Notes: generated from the letters alone by a model not told the origin. A stretch of 64,000 nt of DNA from an uncultured Chloroflexia bacterium (GCA_963720715.1 CAVRGM010000001.1:419429-483428); one strand, 5' to 3'; positions 27,416-37,081 are shown, numbered from the stretch's first letter. Made by a program: numbers and translations.

Positions 27416-27715
27416 CTAGCGCGCGATGTCCTGGATGAGTCGATAGGCCTCGAGGACCCGTTGATCCGCGAGGCGATACAGGATGGTGTTGCCGTCCCGC
27501 CGGCTGGTGACCAGCCCGGCATTGCGCAGGACGGCCAGGTGCTGGCTCATGTTGGGAACCTGGCAGCCGACCCGTTCGCTCAGCTCCGTCACGGACAACT
27601 CGCCGATCGCGAGCGATTCCAGGACGCACAGGCGCTTCGGATCCGCGAGCGCACGACCGACCGACGCATAGCGTTCACGTTCGCTGTCCGCAGATACTGG
27701 CAGGCGATCCAACAC
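27416..27715 (-). CDS. ArsR/SmtB-family transcriptional regulator
   Basis: ...LADPKRLCVLESLAIGELSVTELSERVGCQVPNMSQHLAVLRNAGLVTSRRDGNTILYRL. GTG start. Confidence 0.9.
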   Translation of the reverse strand: MLDRLPVSADSERERYASVGRALADPKRLCVLESLAIGELSVTELSERVGCQVPNMSQHLAVLRNAGLVTSRRDGNTILYRLADQRVLEAYRLIQDIAR

Positions 27716-27721
27716 AACGAG

Positions 27722-27727
27722 AATGTA
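27722..27727 (-). promoter_or_regulatory. -10-like hexamer TACATT, 6 nt before GTG 27715
   Basis: TANNNT at fixed spacing on the minus strand. Confidence 0.4.
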
Positions 27728-27734
27728 TCAGGAC

Positions 27735-27760
27735 TTGCGCAAACACGCAATAAGGTTGCG
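27735..27760. promoter_or_regulatory. candidate ArsR-type operator: palindrome ttgcgcaa plus inverted repeat cgcaa-taagg-ttgcg
   Basis: Located in the AT-richer 89-bp divergent intergenic region, immediately upstream of the putative -10 of the ArsR/thioredoxin operon. Confidence 0.3.
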
Positions 27761-27791
27761 ATGGGCGGCCCGGTGGTCGAGCGGCGGATGC

Positions 27792-27797
27792 GATACT
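27792..27797 (+). promoter_or_regulatory. -10-like hexamer GATACT, 7 nt before ATG 27805
   Basis: A2/T6 conserved, fixed spacing. Confidence 0.3.
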
Positions 27798-27804
27798 CGC
27801 GGGC

Positions 27805-28827
27805 ATGGCGCCACCTGACCACATCGTGTCGTATCCGGCGATCGAGGCGGCGGCAGCCCGGATCGATGGGATCGTCCATCGGACGCCGCTCCTCAGCTCC
27901 ACGACCGCCGCCACCTGGGCGACCGTCGCGAGCGGCGCCCGGCTGGCCGATGACATGCTGTACCTGAAGGCGGAGCACTTCCAGAAGACCGGGTCCTTCA
28001 AGGCTCGCGGCATGACCAACCGGATGCGGACCCTGTCCGATGGGGCACGAGCTCGCGGGGTGATCACGATGTCCGCCGGGAACGCCGGCCAGGCGTATGC
28101 CTGGGCCGGTCGGACCGCGGGCGTCCCGGTGACGGTGGCGATGCCCGCGGCGGCGGTGCGTTCGAAGGTCGATGCCTGCATCGACTACGGCGCCCGGGTC
28201 GTGCTGCACGGAGTGCACGTCGGCGAGACGTTCGCGGAGATGGAGCGTCTCCGGGACGAGGGCGGCCTGGAGTTCGTCCACCCGTTCGACGACCCGGAGG
28301 TCATCGCCGGCCACGGTTCCATCGGACTCGAGATCCTGGAGGACCTGCCGAACGTCGATGTCATCGTCGTCGGGGTCGGGGGCGGTGGCCTGATCTCTGG
28401 GATCGCGGCCGCCGTCAAGGAACAGCGTCCTGCCGTGCGTATCTATGGCATCGAGCCCGAGGGATCGAGGGCGGTCGGTCTGGCCATGGAGCGGGGCAGT
28501 GTCGTCCCGATCCAGCCCGAGAGCATCGCCGATGGACTCAACGCCCCGTTTGCCGGAACGTGGACACTGGCGATGTGCCAGCACTACCTCGATGACATCA
28601 TCGTCATCGACGACGAGACGATCCTGGCCGGCATGCGCTTCATCATCGAGCGGGCGAAGCAGGTCCTGGAGCCGGCCGGAGCGGCGGCGTTGGCCGCGGT
28701 CCTGGCCGGACGGGTCCCGATCCGTGCGGGCGAGCGAGTCGTCGTCGTCGCCTCGGGCGGCAACGTCGAGGTGGGTCGGATCGGCGACCTTCTGGCTCGT
28801 GCGGGGACGCTGCCTGCCAGCCGCTGA
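27805..28827 (+). CDS. PLP-dependent threonine/serine dehydratase family enzyme
   Basis: ...LKAEHFQKTGSFKARG (PLP lysine motif)...SAGNAGQA...GVGGGGLISG... Confidence 0.9.
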   Translation: MAPPDHIVSYPAIEAAAARIDGIVHRTPLLSSTTAATWATVASGARLADDMLYLKAEHFQKTGSFKARGMTNRMRTLSDGARARGVITMSAGNAGQAYAWAGRTAGVPVTVAMPAAAVRSKVDACIDYGARVVLHGVHVGETFAEMERLRDEGGLEFVHPFDDPEVIAGHGSIGLEILEDLPNVDVIVVGVGGGGLISGIAAAVKEQRPAVRIYGIEPEGSRAVGLAMERGSVVPIQPESIADGLNAPFAGTWTLAMCQHYLDDIIVIDDETILAGMRFIIERAKQVLEPAGAAALAAVLAGRVPIRAGERVVVVASGGNVEVGRIGDLLARAGTLPASR

Positions 28828-28831
28828 CCGA

Positions 28832-29239
28832 TCAGTCGACGCCGAGTTCGTGGAGCCGGTCGTCGTCGATGCCGAGATGGTGCGCGAGCTCGTGGATGAC
28901 CGTGATCCAGACCTCATCGGCCAGCTCGTCAGGATCCATGAAGTCTTCCTCCAGCGGGCCCTGGAAGAGGGTGATCCGGTCGGGCACCGAGGCCCAGTCG
29001 GCGCCCCATTCGGTTCGTGGCACGCCTTCATAGAGACCGTACAGGGTCTCGTCATCGGCGATCCCGTTCTCGCGGCGCTGCTCCGGTGATGGTTCGTCGG
29101 CGATGACCACGGCGACATCGTCAAGCGCCGATGCGAATGGCGCCGGGATCGCGTCGAGCGCCCGACCCACCAACTCCTCGAACGCGACGCGGTGTCGGCG
29201 TGGTGGAGCGGATCGGGATCCGCGACGGCGTTTGACCAT
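28832..29239 (-). CDS. small zincin-like metallopeptidase family protein
   Basis: ...VIADEPS...LYGLYEG...VIHELAHHLGIDD (HExxH). Confidence 0.8.
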   Translation of the reverse strand: MVKRRRGSRSAPPRRHRVAFEELVGRALDAIPAPFASALDDVAVVIADEPSPEQRRENGIADDETLYGLYEGVPRTEWGADWASVPDRITLFQGPLEEDFMDPDELADEVWITVIHELAHHLGIDDDRLHELGVD

Positions 29240-29247
29240 GGTCCTCG

Positions 29248-29253
29248 TATCCT
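29248..29253 (+). promoter_or_regulatory. -10-like hexamer TATCCT, 7 nt before ATG 29261
   Basis: TANNNT at fixed spacing. Confidence 0.4.
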
Positions 29254-29260
29254 AGGGTCG

Positions 29261-30202
29261 ATGGAGCCGAGCCAGTCGCCGGATCTCGCCACGGAACCGG
29301 CTGGGTACATGGTCGTCGTCGACCCCGGCGACCGGATCCATTTCCTCGATTGGGGGATGGGATCCGATCACGCCGAGGAGGCAGCCGGGCGACCGGGCGT
29401 CCTGATGATCCCGGGTCTTTCGAACACGGCCTGGAGCTGGGCGCCCGTCGCCCGTCGCGTCCGGGTGCGTCAACATGCGGTCGCCATGGACTTGCGCGGC
29501 CACGGCTTGTCCGATGCCCCGACCGACGGCTATGACCGCACGAGCTTCGCCGGCGACGCGGTCGCAGTGGCCGAGGGGTCGGGCCTGCTGCGTTCCGAGG
29601 GCGACCGGGTGGTGCTGGCCGGTCATGGGTTCGGTGCCATCGTCGCGGTCTGGGCGGCGACCGAGCTTGCCGATCGATGTGCCGGCCTGGTCCTCGTCGA
29701 TGGTGGTTGGGAGTCGATCGAAATGGCCAGCGGCGTGGACGTCGATGAGTTCCTGCGCGGGCTGGACGAACCGCCCGAAGTCATGCGCTCGATGAGTGCG
29801 TTCCTGGCCGATCGTCGAGCATTCGACGTCGCGACGTGGGATCCCGACCAGGAACGGGCGGCCCGGGCGACCGTCGTCGAGACCCGCGCTGGCAAGGTCG
29901 TTCCAGCGACCCGACCGCACGCGCTTGAAGCCAGCGTCCGGGCCATGTTCTCGTACCGACCGACGGTCGCGCTCGCGGCGGTGAGCGCGCCGATCAGCGC
30001 CCTGCTCGCCGCGGATGACGAGGCGAATACACGGGCGGCGGCCCTCGCCGCCGCCAGCGAGGCTCGGATCCGCGCGGGTCGGGGCCCGATCGACGTCCGT
30101 CGATTCGGGCACGACGGTCACAACCTGATGCGCTACCGTCCTGAGGCGGTCACTGCGGCCATCATCGCGATGGTCGACGGCGCCTCGATGACGGGACGGT
30201 AA
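29261..30202 (+). CDS. alpha/beta hydrolase
   Basis: ...PGVLMIPGLSNTAWSW...MDLRGHGLSD...LAGHGFGA (nucleophile elbow)... Confidence 0.8.
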   Translation: MEPSQSPDLATEPAGYMVVVDPGDRIHFLDWGMGSDHAEEAAGRPGVLMIPGLSNTAWSWAPVARRVRVRQHAVAMDLRGHGLSDAPTDGYDRTSFAGDAVAVAEGSGLLRSEGDRVVLAGHGFGAIVAVWAATELADRCAGLVLVDGGWESIEMASGVDVDEFLRGLDEPPEVMRSMSAFLADRRAFDVATWDPDQERAARATVVETRAGKVVPATRPHALEASVRAMFSYRPTVALAAVSAPISALLAADDEANTRAAALAAASEARIRAGRGPIDVRRFGHDGHNLMRYRPEAVTAAIIAMVDGASMTGR

Positions 30203-30209
30203 CGGGCCG

Positions 30210-31328
30210 ATGCAGGTCGTCTACTCCGCCGCGCACCTCGGACACGACATCACGACCGAGACGTATATGGGCGTCCAGATCCCGGCCAACGAGGTCGCCG
30301 AGCGAGCCGAGCGTATCCGGAGGACGCTCGAGGCCGACGGAGGGTTCGAGGTCTCCCGTCCGAGCGAGCACGGCGTGACGCCGATCGCGGCCGTCCACGA
30401 CCCTGGCCTGATCCGGTTCCTCGAGGTCGCATGGTCCGAAGCACGCGCCCAGTCGATCGACCGGCCGTTCCTGTCCGCCGACACGTATCCCAATCGGGCG
30501 ATGTTCGAGGGGATGTCTGCGGCGGCGTTGGAGCGCCTGGTCCGGGAGCCCACCCAGGCCGGTGGCCGGGCCGGCTTCTGGGGTCTCGATTCGGCGGCCC
30601 CGCTGGTCGCCGGGACCTATGTCGCGGCCCGTGCATCGGTCGATGTCGCGTTGACGGCGATGGACCTGGTGCTGGGCGGTGCAGCGATGGCGTACGGCCT
30701 GTGCCGACCGCCCGGTCATCATGCCGCGCGGGCCATGTACGGCGGTTACTGCTTCTTCAACAACGCGGCGATCGCGGCCGAGGCGATCACCAGGGCGACG
30801 GGCGAACGCGTCGCGATCCTCGACGTCGACTATCACCATGGCAATGGCAGCCAGCAGATCTTCTGGCGTCGCGCCGACGTGCGATACGTCTCGATCCACG
30901 CCGACCCAGATCACGACTACCCGTACTTCCTGGGCCGTGCTGACGAAGTGGGCGAGGGGGAGGGGGAGGGGGAGAACCGCAACCTGCCGCTGCCGCCCGG
31001 GACCACCAACGACGGGTACCTGGAGGCCGTGGACAAAGCGCTCGAGACGATCGCCGAGGTTCCCGGATCGGTCGTGGTCGTGTCGCTCGGGTTCGATACC
31101 TACGGACTCGACCCGATCGGGACGTTCGCCCTGACCACCGATGTGTATCACGAGATCGGTCGACGCACTGCGGCCCTGGGTCGTCGCCTGGTCATCCTGC
31201 AGGAGGGTGGGTACCACCGGCCTTCGCTCGGTGAAAACGCCCGGGCCTGGCTTCGTGGTGCGGAAGGCCGACCGTTCGATCCACTGCCCGCGGCCGGCTT
31301 CGGAGAGCGTGGCGTCGTCGCTGGCTAG
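30210..31328 (+). CDS. histone deacetylase-family amidohydrolase (acetylpolyamine/acetoin-utilisation type)
   Basis: ...CRPPGHHA...GGYCFFNNAAIAA...ILDVDYHHGNGSQ...VSLGFDTY...QEGGY. Confidence 0.9.
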   Translation: MQVVYSAAHLGHDITTETYMGVQIPANEVAERAERIRRTLEADGGFEVSRPSEHGVTPIAAVHDPGLIRFLEVAWSEARAQSIDRPFLSADTYPNRAMFEGMSAAALERLVREPTQAGGRAGFWGLDSAAPLVAGTYVAARASVDVALTAMDLVLGGAAMAYGLCRPPGHHAARAMYGGYCFFNNAAIAAEAITRATGERVAILDVDYHHGNGSQQIFWRRADVRYVSIHADPDHDYPYFLGRADEVGEGEGEGENRNLPLPPGTTNDGYLEAVDKALETIAEVPGSVVVVSLGFDTYGLDPIGTFALTTDVYHEIGRRTAALGRRLVILQEGGYHRPSLGENARAWLRGAEGRPFDPLPAAGFGERGVVAG

Positions 31329-31362
31329 GTCGTCGCTTTCGGTCGAGACGCTGGCGACAGCT

Positions 31363-31956
31363 GTGCGGATCCTGGCTGCGCGCGACCCTGACCTGGCGGC
31401 GATCGTGGATCGCATCGGCCCGCCTCCGCTCTGGGACCGCCGGCCGGGGTTTGCCACGCTCGTCCTGATCATCCTCGAACAACAGGTTTCGCTCGCTTCC
31501 GCGCGAGCGGCCTTCGATCGCCTGGTGGCAGCCGCCGATCCGCTGACACCGGCGAGTTTCATGGGCCTGACCGATGCGGAGCTGCTGGCCGTCGGTTTCA
31601 GCCGCCAGAAGGCACGCTACGGTCGGGCCCTGGCGGAGGCCATCGTGATCGGTACGCTCGATCTCGATGGCCTGGTCGACCTCGACGACGACGACGCCGA
31701 CAGGGGCCTGCGGGCGATCCCGGGCATCGGCCCGTGGACGTCGGCGATCTACCGGTTGATGGTCCTGGGCAGACCCGATGTCTGGCCGGTCGGTGACATC
31801 GCGCTCGCGACCTCGGTCGGCGAGGTGAAACGGCTTGGCCATCGCCCGGACCCGACCGAGCTGGACGCCATCGGTGAGGCCTGGCGACCGTGGCGATCCG
31901 TCGCCGCGAGGTTGTTCTGGCACGACTATCTCGACCGTCGGAGCCGGACCGATTGA
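31363..31956 (+). CDS. HhH-GPD DNA glycosylase (AlkA-like 3-methyladenine glycosylase II)
   Basis: ...LILEQQVSLASARAAF...GFSRQKARY...LRAIPGIGPWTSAIYRL...DVWPVGDIAL. GTG 31363 is the first start after the upstream stop; start uncertain. Confidence 0.7.
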   Translation: MRILAARDPDLAAIVDRIGPPPLWDRRPGFATLVLIILEQQVSLASARAAFDRLVAAADPLTPASFMGLTDAELLAVGFSRQKARYGRALAEAIVIGTLDLDGLVDLDDDDADRGLRAIPGIGPWTSAIYRLMVLGRPDVWPVGDIALATSVGEVKRLGHRPDPTELDAIGEAWRPWRSVAARLFWHDYLDRRSRTD

Positions 31957-32010
31957 GGCGCGCCGTCGGCGCCGGACGTACCATCGCCGCCTGCACAGGA
32001 GCCTGCCCGC

Positions 32011-32706
32011 GTGTCCAGCCCGCCCGATCTGCCCAGCCACGTCCAGCGCATCGTCGATGAGATCGAGAACGAGATCGGCGAGGAGTCGGCCAGCCCGGTG
32101 GCCCTCATCGAGGGCAATGGCACGGACGGGCACGGACCTGGCGGACGAGTCGAGGCGGCCGTCCGGGAGATCCTGATCGAGATCGGCGAGGACCCGGAAC
32201 GGCAGGGCCTGGTCGGGACTCCCGGTCGGGTCCATCGCATGTATACCGAACTGACGGCCGGCTACCACGTCGATCCCGAGCGACTCATCAACGGCGCGAT
32301 CTTCGATATCGCCTACAGCGAGATGGTCCTGGTCAAGGACATCCCGTTCTATTCGTTGTGCGAGCACCATCTCCTGCCGTTCTTCGGGACGGCGGCGGTC
32401 GCCTACATCCCGCGGGGCCGGGTCATCGGCCTGTCCAAGATCCCGCGAGTGGTCGAGATGTACGCTCGCCGACTACAGGTCCAGGAGCGCCTGACCCAAC
32501 AGGTCGCCGAATTCCTCCAGGATCGGCTCGATCCGCAGGGCGTCGGGGTGGTGATGGAAGCGACCCATCTGTGTGCCGCGATGCGCGGCATCCGCAAGCC
32601 GGGCACGATCATGACCACGTCGTCCGTACTGGGTTTGTTTCGGACTCGGGATCGAACGCGAGCCGAGTTCTTCGCTCACCTCGAGCGACGCTCCCCGGAG
32701 GCCTGA
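32011..32706 (+). CDS. folE: GTP cyclohydrolase I
   Basis: ...[27 protein letters not shown]...[14 protein letters not shown]...[24 protein letters not shown]...[16 protein letters not shown] precedes the GTG start. Confidence 0.9.
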   Translation: MSSPPDLPSHVQRIVDEIENEIGEESASPVALIEGNGTDGHGPGGRVEAAVREILIEIGEDPERQGLVGTPGRVHRMYTELTAGYHVDPERLINGAIFDIAYSEMVLVKDIPFYSLCEHHLLPFFGTAAVAYIPRGRVIGLSKIPRVVEMYARRLQVQERLTQQVAEFLQDRLDPQGVGVVMEATHLCAAMRGIRKPGTIMTTSSVLGLFRTRDRTRAEFFAHLERRSPEA

Positions 32707-32709
32707 GCC

Positions 32710-33483
32710 GTGGACCTTGGCCTTGCTGGACGGGTCGTGCTCGTCACCGGCGCGGGTGGCGGTGCCGGGCCGACGCTCGCCCGGGCCTTCGCCGCGGAAG
32801 GAGCTCTGGTCGCCCTGCATCAACGTCGGGGTTCGGCGTCGGGCGATCCACCGACGCGAGCCGAGGCCACGGCCGATGAGATCCGCGCCGATGGCGGTCA
32901 GGCCCTGGCCGTCGCGGCCGACCTGGCCCGACCCGACGAGATCGGGGCTCTCCTCGAGCGGGTCGCCGACGAACTCGGCGCGATCGCCGTGTTGGTGACC
33001 GCCACGTCCGCGTACCGCGCCGAGCGGCTGGGCGAGATCGGCGATGACTCGTGGGCTGCCGTGCAGGAGGACATGCTCGGGGCCACGTTCCGGGCGTGTC
33101 GCGCAGTCGTCCCGTCGATGCAGGCGGCCGGGTGGGGGAGGATCGTCAATATCGCCGCCCGACCGGGCCTGGTCGGCGTCGCCCGAGCCAGTCACTACGC
33201 TTCGGCCAAGGCGGGGATCATCGGCTTGACCGCCTCGCTGGCCAAGGAACTCGGGCCATCCGGCATCCTGGTCAACGCCGTGGCGCCGACCCAGATCGTG
33301 ACGATCAAGGAGGGGGTCCCGTCGATCCCGGGCGATCGTGCCGCGGAGATGGCCAGATCGATCCCGGTCCGCCGATTGGCGACACCCGATGACCTCGCGA
33401 ACCTCGTCGTCTGGCTGGGATCCGGAGCGAACACCTATGTCAGCGGCGAGACCATCTCGTTGACCGGCGGCGACCAGCGGTAA
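32710..33483 (+). CDS. SDR-family oxidoreductase
   Basis: VLVTGAGGGAG (cofactor motif)...NIAA...HYASAKAG (YxxxK). Confidence 0.9.
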   Translation: MDLGLAGRVVLVTGAGGGAGPTLARAFAAEGALVALHQRRGSASGDPPTRAEATADEIRADGGQALAVAADLARPDEIGALLERVADELGAIAVLVTATSAYRAERLGEIGDDSWAAVQEDMLGATFRACRAVVPSMQAAGWGRIVNIAARPGLVGVARASHYASAKAGIIGLTASLAKELGPSGILVNAVAPTQIVTIKEGVPSIPGDRAAEMARSIPVRRLATPDDLANLVVWLGSGANTYVSGETISLTGGDQR

Positions 33484-33504
33484 CCCGGAAGGACGCTCGG
33501 CGCC

Positions 33505-33510
33505 TACAAT
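33505..33510 (+). promoter_or_regulatory. -10 hexamer TACAAT, 6 nt before ATG 33517
   Basis: Near-consensus -10 at leaderless spacing. Confidence 0.45.
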
Positions 33511-33516
33511 CCGGCC

Positions 33517-33921
33517 ATGACCGATCGACCGATCAAGGTCCTCATCGCAAAGCCCGGCCTCGATGGCCACGATCGCGGCGCGAAAGTGCTGGCCCGCGGG
33601 CTGCGCGACGAGGGTTTCGAGGTGGTCTATACCGGGCTCCGCCAGACGCCCGAGATGATCGCCACGGCCGCCCTTCAGGAGGATGTCGACGTGGTCGGCC
33701 TGTCCATCCTGTCCGGGGCCCACATGACCCTGGTCCCGCGGGTGACGGCGCTGCTGGTCGACCGGGGTATGAACGATGTTCTGGTCACGGTCGGCGGGAT
33801 CATCCCCGATGACGATATCGCCGCGCTCCGGGCGGCCGGGGTCGCCGAGGTCTTTGGGCCCGGGACCACGATCGGGCAGGTCGCCGAGTACCTTCGGGCG
33901 AACGCTCGTCCCCGCGACTAG
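33517..33921 (+). CDS. acyl-CoA mutase small subunit (B12-binding domain)
   Basis: [35 protein letters not shown] (DxHxxG cobalamin motif)...GLSILSGAH...VTVGG. Confidence 0.9.
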   Translation: MTDRPIKVLIAKPGLDGHDRGAKVLARGLRDEGFEVVYTGLRQTPEMIATAALQEDVDVVGLSILSGAHMTLVPRVTALLVDRGMNDVLVTVGGIIPDDDIAALRAAGVAEVFGPGTTIGQVAEYLRANARPRD

Positions 33922-33923
33922 CC

Positions 33924-34912
33924 ATGACGGCCGATGCCCTGACCCGGGCGGCCGCGCTCGCTGATGCTGCCGTCGACGGTGACCGACTCGCCCTGGCCAG
34001 GCTGCTCACGGCGGTCGAGAACCGAACGCCTGTGGCGGAGGCGGCACTCCGTCGCCTGTATCCGACGGCCGGTCGCGCCCATCTCGTCGGCATCACCGGG
34101 CCGCCGGGCTCCGGGAAGTCGACGCTCGTCGCAGCGCTCATCGCGGAGATCCGCGCGGCCGGGCGCAACGTCGCGGTCATCGCGGTCGATCCGTCGAGTC
34201 CGATCACCGGCGGTGCGTTGCTCGGCGACCGGGTCCGGATGCAGGCCTATGCCGCCGACGACGGGGTGTTCATCCGCTCGATGGCATCTCGTGGCCACGC
34301 GGGCGGCCTGGCGTCAACGTCGACGGCGGCTGCAGCCATCCTCGACGCGGCCGGGTTCGACCTGGTCCTCATCGAAACGGTCGGGACGGGCCAGAGCGAA
34401 GTCGAGGTCGCCGCAGCCGCGGACACGACCGTCGTCCTGGAGGCTCCCGAGATGGGTGACGAGGTCCAGGCGATCAAGGCCGGCCTGCTCGAGGTCGCCG
34501 ATCTGGTCGTGGTCAACAAGGGTGATAAGCCCGGCGCAAACGGACCGCTGCCCAACTCCGGGCCATGCTGGTCGCGGCTGCACCGCGAGACGCCGATCCG
34601 TCACGGCCACAGCCAAAACGGCCGGACGTCCTGATCACGACGGCCGCGACAGGCGAGGGCGTCCCCGAACTCCTCGCAGCGCTCGACCGGCATCGGGGGA
34701 CGCGCCCGGCCCACGGATCCACGGCGGCGCAACTCGCGCGTGCGGAGGCACAGGTGTGGGCGATCGTGACCGACCGGATGCGCGGACGCCTCCGCGATCC
34801 CCAGCTTGACGCGACCACGGCGGCGCTCCTCGAAGAAGTCGCCGCGCATCGGGTGGACCCGTACGAGGCGGCCGACCGCTTGCTGGACGTCCTGGCTGGC
34901 GGCCAACCGTGA
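33924..34912 (+). CDS. meaB: MeaB/ArgK-type G-protein chaperone of acyl-CoA mutase; apparent 1-nt frame disruption near 34530
   Basis: GITGPPGSGKST (P-loop)...IETVGTGQSE...VVVNKGDKPG in the frame of 33924. Continues ...RRKRTAAQLRAMLVAAAP...PDVLITTAATGEGVPELLAALDRH... in the frame of ORF 34565..34912. Length 989 nt, not divisible by 3. Confidence 0.8.
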
Positions 34913-34922
34913 TCCACGCTCG

Positions 34923-34928
34923 TACACT
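34923..34928 (+). promoter_or_regulatory. -10-like hexamer TACACT, 6 nt before ATG 34935
   Basis: TANNNT at fixed spacing; would be an internal promoter within the operon. Confidence 0.3.
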
Positions 34929-34934
34929 TGTCGG

Positions 34935-35813
34935 ATGAGCAGCATCCAACACGTGTTCGTGGCCGGTGCCGGGCTGATGGGTCACGGCATCGCACAGGTC
35001 CACGCCGCCATCGGGCTTCCGGTCACGCTCTACGAGCCGGATATCGCCCGGGCCGAGGCCGGACGTCAGCGCATCCTCGGCAACCTCGAGAGGGCGGTCG
35101 CCAAGGGCCGAGTCACGGCCGGTGACCGCGATAGCACGATCGCCCGTATCGAGCCGAGCGACGATCTCACCACCGTCGCGCGCGCCGACCTCGTCATCGA
35201 GGCCGTCTTCGAGGATATCGCCGTCAAATCGGTCCTGTGGAGCGAAGTCGATCGCCTCGCTCCACAGAGCGCGATCTTTGCCTCCAACACCTCATCGATC
35301 GCGATCCACCGGCTCGCCGAGGCGGTCTCGAAGGACCACAGACCTCGCTTCCTGGGGATGCACTTCTTCAGCCCCGTCCCGGTCATGCCCCTCGTGGAGT
35401 TGATCCGCGGCCGCGACACGGGCGAGGACACTGTCGCATCCATCCGGGAGTTGTCCGGAGCCCTCGGCAAGCAGGTCATCGTGTCGGCAGACCGACCGGG
35501 CTTCATCGTCAACCGCATCCTGATGCCGTTCCTGGCCGAAGCGATGCGGGCGTTCGAGGAGGGCGTGGGCACCGCGGAGGACATCGATACCGGCGCTCGG
35601 ATCGGTTTGAACCACCCGATGGGACCCCTCGAACTCGCCGACTTCATCGGCCTGGACGTCTGTCTCAACGTGATGCGCGTGCTCGACGACGGGCTACCGG
35701 GCGACCATTTCCAGCCCCCGAAGGTGCTTTTGAGACTCGTGGACGCCGGCCATCTCGGGCAGAAGACCGGCCGAGGTTTCCACGACTACCCGCGTCCCGA
35801 GGCAGACCGGTGA
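34935..35813 (+). CDS. hbd: 3-hydroxybutyryl-CoA dehydrogenase
   Basis: VFVAGAGLMGHGIAQV...ASNTSS...GMHFFSPVPVMPLVE...PGFIVNRIL...GPLELADFIGLD. Confidence 0.9.
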   Translation: MSSIQHVFVAGAGLMGHGIAQVHAAIGLPVTLYEPDIARAEAGRQRILGNLERAVAKGRVTAGDRDSTIARIEPSDDLTTVARADLVIEAVFEDIAVKSVLWSEVDRLAPQSAIFASNTSSIAIHRLAEAVSKDHRPRFLGMHFFSPVPVMPLVELIRGRDTGEDTVASIRELSGALGKQVIVSADRPGFIVNRILMPFLAEAMRAFEEGVGTAEDIDTGARIGLNHPMGPLELADFIGLDVCLNVMRVLDDGLPGDHFQPPKVLLRLVDAGHLGQKTGRGFHDYPRPEADR

Positions 35814-37051
35814 TCGATGGTGCGGTCGGTCCGGACGGCCGCGTCTACATCGTCAGTGCGGCACGGACGCCCATCGGTCGGTTCGGCGGAGCGCTCAGCG
35901 CCGTGCCGGCGACGGAGCTGGGTGGCGTGGCGATCCGGGCGGCCGTGGAGCGGGCCGGCCTCGACCCAGCGACCGCGACCATCGACGAGGTCCTGATGGG
36001 CCAGGTCCTCCAGGCCGGGGTCGGGCAGGCACCGGCCCGCCAGGCCGCCCTCAAGGCCGGCCTTCCGGACGGCACATCGGCCACGACCATCAACCGGGTG
36101 TGCGGGTCCGGCCTGAAGTCGATCATGCTGGCCGCCGCGGAGATCAAGGCCGGCGACTCGGCCCTCGTCGTGGCCGGTGGGATGGAGTCGATGAACCAGG
36201 CGCCGTACCTCGTGCCTGGCGCTCGGTTCGGGCTTCGTCTGGGTAATGGCGAGCTCATCGATGCGACCGTCCATGACGGACTGTGGTGCGCGATCGAGGA
36301 CTGCCACATGGGGACCCATGCAGAACGCGTCGCGATCAGCGACGAAGTGAGTCGCGTGGACCAGGATGCATTCGCGCTGGCCTCGCACCAGAAGGCCGTG
36401 GCGGCCATCGACGCCGGCAGGTTCGATGCCGAGATGGTCCCGGTCACCGTCCGTGACGCCAAGGGTCGGGAAACGGTCGTCGCCGTCGATGAAGGTCCGC
36501 GACGCGATTCCACGATCGAGGCGCTCGCCCGGCTCAAGCCTGCTTTCGCGCTGCCCGATGGCGAGGACCGAGGCGCGGCCATGGTCGGTACGGTCACCGC
36601 CGGCAATGCGCCGGGCATCACCGACGGGGCCGCAGCGACCGTCGTGGCCAGTGAACGGACCGTGGAACAGCTGGGTCTCACGCCGCTCGTCCGCATCGTG
36701 GGCTACGCGCAGGCCGAAGTCGCGCCGAAATGGTTGTTCCTCGCACCCATCCAGGGTGTCCGTCGGCTCCTCGAGCGGATCGAATTGCCGATCGAGGCGT
36801 TCGACCTCATCGAGATCAACGAGGCGTTCGCCGCGCAGACGTTGGCCGACGGTCGGGCGCTGGGCTTCGACTGGTCCAAGGTCAACGTCAACGGCGGGGC
36901 GATCGCGCTCGGTCACCCGATCGGGGCAAGTGGGGCGCGCATCGTCGCGACGCTGGTCCACGAACTGGCCCGTCGGCAAGGACGGTATGGGTTGGCCACG
37001 CTGTGTCTCGGCGGCGGCGGCTCGGTGGCGATGGCCGTCGAGCGGGTCTGA
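35810..37051 (+). CDS. acetyl-CoA C-acetyltransferase (thiolase II)
   Basis: ...TINRVCGSGLKSI (active Cys)...NEAFAAQ...NVNGGAIALGHPIGASGARI...LCLGGGGSVA. GTGA overlap with hbd. Confidence 0.9.
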   Translation: MIDGAVGPDGRVYIVSAARTPIGRFGGALSAVPATELGGVAIRAAVERAGLDPATATIDEVLMGQVLQAGVGQAPARQAALKAGLPDGTSATTINRVCGSGLKSIMLAAAEIKAGDSALVVAGGMESMNQAPYLVPGARFGLRLGNGELIDATVHDGLWCAIEDCHMGTHAERVAISDEVSRVDQDAFALASHQKAVAAIDAGRFDAEMVPVTVRDAKGRETVVAVDEGPRRDSTIEALARLKPAFALPDGEDRGAAMVGTVTAGNAPGITDGAAATVVASERTVEQLGLTPLVRIVGYAQAEVAPKWLFLAPIQGVRRLLERIELPIEAFDLIEINEAFAAQTLADGRALGFDWSKVNVNGGAIALGHPIGASGARIVATLVHELARRQGRYGLATLCLGGGGSVAMAVERV

Positions 37052-37081
37052 GATCGCCGCTCAGTCGCGCCAGGATCGCCC

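Noticed and set aside
30950-30975. Tandem gaggg(g) repeats.
   Set aside because: It is an in-frame simple repeat encoding GEGEGEGE in a surface loop of the HDAC-like protein, not a separate feature.
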